IMG/VR virus record: IMGVR_UViG_3300047290_000055
Span: 1-32,112 of that record
Length of the DNA stretch: 32,112 nt
From: a virus
Taxonomy: Duplodnaviria; Caudoviricetes
Strand: one strand, 5' to 3'
Part shown: in pieces, positions 28,115 through 32,112 of the stretch
How the letters are laid out: each line of letters starts with the position of its first letter
How positions within the stretch are numbered: position 1 is the first letter of the stretch
Position numbers and translations under genes: made by a program
Notes under the pieces: model-generated
What the model was told of the DNA's origin: nothing
The model's input: the letters and a program-made list of their open reading frames with translations, nothing else
Databases searched by the model: none

Positions 28115-28608
28115 TATGCAGCCTTAATTCCATACAATGTAAATGTTGAACCAACATTGTAAGTATTTCCATTACTTGTCATAATATTAATTGAAGTAAT
28201 AGCCGCAGGATTGCGAAATAAACCAACAGATGTTCCAGCACAGTTCATTTCAATAGTATTTACTCGTGAAATAAATGATTTATTTGTTGTTGTGTTTGAG
28301 TAGTTTTGAAAATGGGTTATAGCATTTTGTCCAAGACCAGTACCCCAACTAGCGTTATACCCAATTCTGCACCAAGTTTCACTTGTATATCTGAATGATG
28401 TTGCACTTGTTATACCTTCAAGAAAAGTTGAAGAATAATTAGCACCATTGTTTCCATTTAACCTATAACCAATGCCAGAGTTTGCAGCACAACCACCAAC
28501 CATAACTAAAACTAGGTCTGTATATGTTTGTGGAATAGATGTAAAGAATATATCTGCTGCAGCAGTTGTTAATGTTTGTGTTGCAATTGGTTCATATGTT
28601 GCTGGCAT
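28114..28608 (-). CDS. Tail-associated beta-rich protein, paralog 2
   Basis: YEPIAT...FTSIPQTYTDLVL...AAITSI...LYGIK. Confidence 0.65.
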   Translation of the reverse strand: MPATYEPIATQTLTTAAADIFFTSIPQTYTDLVLVMVGGCAANSGIGYRLNGNNGANYSSTFLEGITSATSFRYTSETWCRIGYNASWGTGLGQNAITHFQNYSNTTTNKSFISRVNTIEMNCAGTSVGLFRNPAAITSINIMTSNGNTYNVGSTFTLYGIKAA

Positions 28609-28610
28609 AA

Positions 28611-29189
28611 TTATCCCTTAATTCCATATAGTGCATAATGCGAATATTGAGCAGAACTAAAACCAAGATAAATTGAATCTATTGCTGCAGTTGAACGCCA
28701 GTTCCCAGACCACAAATCAGCAGAACCAGAACCGTTATAGTCACCACCAAGTAATATTTTTGCAGTCTTAAACTTATTAGTATCTTTATAATCAAGAATA
28801 TCCATTACACCAACAGCAAATGTTGATGCTACACCTTGAATACCAGCAATCAAAATTGAGTTTGTTGATGTTGTATTTCCAGCAGTTGCACTAGAACCAT
28901 TACCATCAATATAGTGCCAACTATAATTATTTCCAGTGTCACCATTAAATCTAATAATTGGATTGTATGAACCGCCAGAACTACGAGAAATCCAACGCAA
29001 TTGCAGATGCTTATAACCTTGCGGTATTGAAGTAAATGTTTCAGATGCTGAACCAGCAACACCAACAGTTATTGTGGCAATAGACTCATAACTAGACAAT
29101 ATTGGCCAGTTCTGTCCTTGAATAGCACGAGAAACATCGGTCAAAGACCAAATATCACTAGCACTAGATTGCGAAGGAAATTGTGCCAT
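28611..29189 (-). CDS. Tail-associated beta-rich protein, paralog 1, with N-terminal extension
   Basis: YESIAT...FTSIPQGYKHLQL...STAAIDSI...LYGIK. Confidence 0.65.
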   Translation of the reverse strand: MAQFPSQSSASDIWSLTDVSRAIQGQNWPILSSYESIATITVGVAGSASETFTSIPQGYKHLQLRWISRSSGGSYNPIIRFNGDTGNNYSWHYIDGNGSSATAGNTTSTNSILIAGIQGVASTFAVGVMDILDYKDTNKFKTAKILLGGDYNGSGSADLWSGNWRSTAAIDSIYLGFSSAQYSHYALYGIKG

Positions 29190-29542
29190 TAACTAATTTC
29201 CTCGTAACTGCACACACCCTCAAGCTTTAAAGTTGTGCTACCAGTTAAACGCAATGAGTCACCTTCTTCGAGGTAAATTGATTTTGACAAAACATCAATC
29301 GTTGCGCCAGCAGGAACGACAAGCGAATAAGCCAAACGATAAGCTGTGGATGAACGATACAAGTCAAGGTTCATCGTGTAGTTTGATGTTCCATCAACGT
29401 TTGCTACAAGTAGACCATTGACTTTCAATACCTTGCCACTACCTGCCGAGTTTGAAACTATTGCTGTTGGCGATGCAGTAACAGCAAGCACAGCTGTCTT
29501 GCCAGTAATTGTCACTACTCCAACGATGTTTGGTGCTGCCAT
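29189..29542 (-). CDS. Small beta-rich structural protein, probable fibre-tip partner
   Basis: MAAPNIV...VANVDG...IYLEEGDSL...SYEEIS; directly follows the collagen gene. Confidence 0.6.
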   Translation of the reverse strand: MAAPNIVGVVTITGKTAVLAVTASPTAIVSNSAGSGKVLKVNGLLVANVDGTSNYTMNLDLYRSSTAYRLAYSLVVPAGATIDVLSKSIYLEEGDSLRLTGSTTLKLEGVCSYEEIS

Positions 29543-29543
29543 A

Positions 29544-30656
29544 TTATCCTCCGAAAACTATTGCCATTGCTATTGCTTTGCCGGTACTTGCATACACTGT
29601 TGGAGTAACCCACTGTGTGTTGTAGTTTGTTCCGTCAACTTTTGATAAAACCTGACCAGCAGTACCACCAGTTGCAACACCGGGACCAGCAGGTCCCGTT
29701 GCACCAGTAGCACCTTGGGGTCCAGTTAAACCCGTTGGACCTTGAGGTCCAGTAGCACCTGTGGCTCCTGTCGCACCTGTGGCACCTGTTGCTCCAGTAG
29801 GACCAGTATCTCCTTGGATACCTTGCGGGCCTTGTGGTCCCGCAGGTCCAGTTGCTCCCGTTGCTCCAGTTGGTCCAGTTGCACCCGTAAGACCGATGGG
29901 TCCTTGCGGACCTTGTGCGCCCACAGCACCACTGAGGTTAACAACCCAACTTGAATACGTTCCAGAACCTTCAATGTCTGTAACTGTTGCAACCATTGCG
30001 CCAGTTGATGAGTTGTATGAATCAATTTCAGCGTGAATGTGGTTTGACACATTGTATGAAATCAATACTGTTTGGTTAACGCTGTAAGAAAGTCCAGTCC
30101 CAATGGTGAGTGAAACGGATGCACCAATCGCAGGAATGGTAATCGAGCTTGTTGATGTTGTTTGATATTTATCACCAGCAAGACCTTGTACGCCCTGTGG
30201 ACCTTGTGGCCCTGTGGGTCCTGTAGCGCCTGTTGCACCAACTGGCCCTTGTGGACCAACATCACCTTGAATACCTTGTGGTCCTTGAGGACCTGTAGCG
30301 CCAGTCGCACCAGTTGCGCCTGTCGCACCAGTAAGTCCAATCGGTCCAGTAGGACCAGTCAAACCAATTGGTCCCTGTGGACCTTGAATACCCTGAGCGC
30401 CAGTTGCGCCAGTAATACCCTGAATACCTTGTGGACCAGTTGCACCAGTCAAACCAATTGGGCCTTGTGCACCTGTAGCGCCCGTAGGTCCCGGAGGTCC
30501 CATCAAACCTGTAGCACCAGTTAGTCCAGTAGGACCTTGTGGGCCAGTGGGTCCAGTTGGACCAATATTGGCAGTACTGACTACGGTTACTGTGGCCGTA
30601 CGAATAACACCGCTAACGGTGTCTCCACGAGTAAGAACGATTGAAGTCGTTGCCAT
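29544..30656 (-). CDS. Collagen-like triple-helix fibre protein
   Basis: Two G-X-Y tracts separated by a beta-rich domain; C-terminal GQVLSK...YNTQW and [13 protein letters not shown]. Confidence 0.85.
   Translation of the reverse strand: MATTSIVLTRGDTVSGVIRTATVTVVSTANIGPTGPTGPQGPTGLTGATGLMGPPGPTGATGAQGPIGLTGATGPQGIQGITGATGAQGIQGPQGPIGLTGPTGPIGLTGATGATGATGATGPQGPQGIQGDVGPQGPVGATGATGPTGPQGPQGVQGLAGDKYQTTSTSSITIPAIGASVSLTIGTGLSYSVNQTVLISYNVSNHIHAEIDSYNSSTGAMVATVTDIEGSGTYSSWVVNLSGAVGAQGPQGPIGLTGATGPTGATGATGPAGPQGPQGIQGDTGPTGATGATGATGATGATGPQGPTGLTGPQGATGATGPAGPGVATGGTAGQVLSKVDGTNYNTQWVTPTVYASTGKAIAMAIVFGG
29679..29930 (-). repeat. Collagen G-X-Y tract 2 (~28 triplets)
   Basis: 9-nt periodic repeats encoding GAT/GPQ/GPT. 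Confidence 0.85.
30174..30563 (-). repeat. Collagen G-X-Y tract 1 (~43 triplets)
   Basis: 9-nt periodic repeats encoding GAT/GPQ/GLT/GIQ. Confidence 0.85.
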
Positions 30657-30995
30657 TTAGCGAGTCACGTCCGCAAGTACGTTTACGGTTCCAGCAAGAA
30701 TGGTCGAGACAACTCCAGCATTGGTTTCCTCAAAATCCCAATAATGTGTTCCAACACTTAGTGTTGCCGTCACAGCCGGCAAAATTGTGCACGTTACTTC
30801 GCCTGCGGCGGCGTTGGTAATTGTGCACGTAAAGGATGCGTCAATAACTGACGAATCCTTTGTGGTTCGTATTTGCGCACGATACGTGCGCCCAGTAATG
30901 TTGATTGGTGTTGTTCCATTACTTGTCATTGTTACGACCACAGATTCAGTGTCACCACGAGTGATTGTCAAGTTTTGTTTAGCAGGTACAGCCAT
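30657..30995 (-). CDS. Small Ig/BppU-N-like structural protein, possible fibre base
   Basis: NLTITRGDT...PINITGRTYRAQIR...YWDFE...ILAG...ADVTR; GAGGA RBS. Confidence 0.6.
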   Translation of the reverse strand: MAVPAKQNLTITRGDTESVVVTMTSNGTTPINITGRTYRAQIRTTKDSSVIDASFTCTITNAAAGEVTCTILPAVTATLSVGTHYWDFEETNAGVVSTILAGTVNVLADVTR

Positions 30996-31126
30996 TAGTC
31001 CTCTTTCAGCGGGAAAACAGCCATCTTAGGCTGATGATTATCGTCGATACCACAAGCAGGGCAAATCCAATGAGTAGCAACAGGGGGGTACTCCTCTCCA
31101 CACTCTGGGCATTCGACCATGTTCAT
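30995..31126 (-). CDS. 43-aa CPxCG Zn-ribbon protein (MNMVECPECGEEYPPVATHWICPACGIDD...), absent from the ORF track
   Basis: Two CPxCG knuckles; ATGA overlap with the terS stop and TAATG overlap with the next start. Confidence 0.75.
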   Translation of the reverse strand: MNMVECPECGEEYPPVATHWICPACGIDDNHQPKMAVFPLKED

Positions 31127-31557
31127 ACGACCTTCAAATGATTTCGACTAGCTTTTTCACGTTCAGCAACTGCAGCAATCAACGAATCAAGTTCTTCGTC
31201 AGAAAGTTCCGCAGTCTTCCTATTAGACTGAACCGTTACCGTAGGCGGAGCCATACGGTTAGTCGCTTGTAGATACAACTGTGCCGACTTTGTATCGCCC
31301 TCTAAAGCTTTGCTGTACAAAGTATCGAGCAAACGTAGCGTACGTTCAGGTGAACCCTGAATTGAGTCAACAGAAGCCTTCCATTGCTCAACAAAAACAT
31401 CCTTTTTCTCCCAACGACGTAACGTTGAGATGTTCACACCCAGATGTGCAGCCATTTTCTCCTTGGATGATGGCGTTCGTTCACTCGGTGCAGTGCACAA
31501 CCACTCTAAATATTGTTGCTGTGCCGCTGTCAAGCTCAGTTCTTCGTTCTGTTTCAT
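31123..31557 (-). CDS. Terminase small subunit-like HTH protein
   Basis: KEKMAAHLGVNISTLRRWEK HTH, then LYSKALEGDTKSAQLYLQ oligomerisation-type helices; first gene of the late arm. Confidence 0.7.
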   Translation of the reverse strand: MKQNEELSLTAAQQQYLEWLCTAPSERTPSSKEKMAAHLGVNISTLRRWEKKDVFVEQWKASVDSIQGSPERTLRLLDTLYSKALEGDTKSAQLYLQATNRMAPPTVTVQSNRKTAELSDEELDSLIAAVAEREKASRNHLKVV

Positions 31558-31607
31558 CTCTAATAAGCCATTTCGTTACAACATCGGTAACAAACTGCGC
31601 AAACTAT
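31558..31607. promoter_or_regulatory. Divergent control region with back-to-back GTAAC motifs
   Basis: GTTAC (31575-31579), 7 nt, GTAAC (31587-31591); 17 nt to the leftward ATG and 16 nt to the rightward ATG; no SD on either side. Confidence 0.7.
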
Positions 31608-31736
31608 ATGGCATCAAAGAAAAAAGGACCGTGCTGGGATGGTTACATCCAAGTAGGAATGAAGAAATTGAACGGCAAGTCAGTACCCAACTGTGTACCT
31701 GCCCCCAAAAAGAAAGGCAAGACTCGTGGCCGCTAA
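31608..31736 (+). CDS. 42-aa basic Cys-containing protein
   Basis: MASKKKGPCWDGYIQVGMKKLNGKSVPNCVP; PCWxGY...VPNCVP motif recalled from aquatic phages. Likely start ATG 31608, not 31281. Confidence 0.7.
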   Translation: MASKKKGPCWDGYIQVGMKKLNGKSVPNCVPAPKKKGKTRGR

Positions 31737-32028
31737 AAAGAAAGCTCCAAAAACTGCAGCGTGGACTCGCAAAGAAGGAAAGAGCGCAACTGGTGGCTTG
31801 AACGCCAAAGGTGTAGCAAGCTACCGCAAAGAAAACCCCGGCTCCAAACTCAAGATGGCTGTCACCACCCCACCAAGCAAGTTGAAGAAGGGTTCCAAGT
31901 CCGCCAAACGACAAAAGTCGTTCTGTTCACGCATGTGTGGTATGCCCGGTCCAATGAAAGACTCGAAAGGTCGTCCGACTCGAAAGAACCTTGCTCTGGA
32001 TAAATGGAACTGTTCCTGTGGAAACTAA
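31726..32028 (+). CDS. Basic hypothetical protein (DUF6321-like)
   Basis: GTG start overlapping the previous gene; AWTRKEGK...GGLNAKG...SFCSRM...ALDKWNC; family name recalled, not searched. Confidence 0.65.
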   Translation: MAAKKKAPKTAAWTRKEGKSATGGLNAKGVASYRKENPGSKLKMAVTTPPSKLKKGSKSAKRQKSFCSRMCGMPGPMKDSKGRPTRKNLALDKWNCSCGN

Positions 32029-32112
32029 CCCACCACTGCTTGTGGTCGAACAAGCACTAGGGGTATAACTAGACAGTGTCATGTAACGACTTGGGGGGAG
32101 GGGTAGGGGGAG

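Noticed and set aside
29679-30563. Periodic DNA repeats as a CRISPR array or DGR template/variable repeats
   Set aside because: Fully explained by collagen G-X-Y coding; no reverse transcriptase and no adenine-specific variant pair seen.
31281-31607. Long N-terminal extension of the 31281-31736 ORF
   Set aside because: Antisense to terS; the recognisable motif and GTAAC spacing point to ATG 31608.
1-32112. tRNA/rRNA genes, integrase, terminal repeats or stop-codon recoding
   Set aside because: None recognised by eye; genes are intact in the standard code with TAA, TGA and TAG all used as stops.

Overview
A 32 kb stretch of a tailed dsDNA bacteriophage, possibly near-complete, although no terminal repeat is visible. 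The + strand arm (76-5316) is a replication/recombination module: Cas4/RecB-like exonuclease, probable ssDNA-binding protein, SF4 helicase, AEP primase, RusA, a second nuclease and a sigma-region-4-like HTH protein. The - strand arm (31557 to 5207) is the late module: small terminase, a ~6 kb collagen/Gly-rich fibre cassette, holin-like gene, large terminase, portal, scaffold, major capsid, adaptor, nozzle-like protein, four putative ejection proteins (one of 2485 aa) and a Zn-peptidase endolysin. Two small basic genes diverge at the right end. No tape measure, tail tube, DNA polymerase, integrase, tRNA or CRISPR array is visible, so a podovirus-like virion is inferred. A freshwater actinobacterial host is a weak inference. 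The most notable unexplained signal is a GTAAC(G/A) motif 16-18 nt upstream of six start codons that lack a Shine-Dalgarno sequence, including a back-to-back pair at the divergence point. It suggests a non-canonical, leaderless late-promoter system, with the sigma-4-like protein as candidate activator. Four small ORFs missing from the ORF track were also found. All protein family assignments come from motif recognition and gene position, not database searches.
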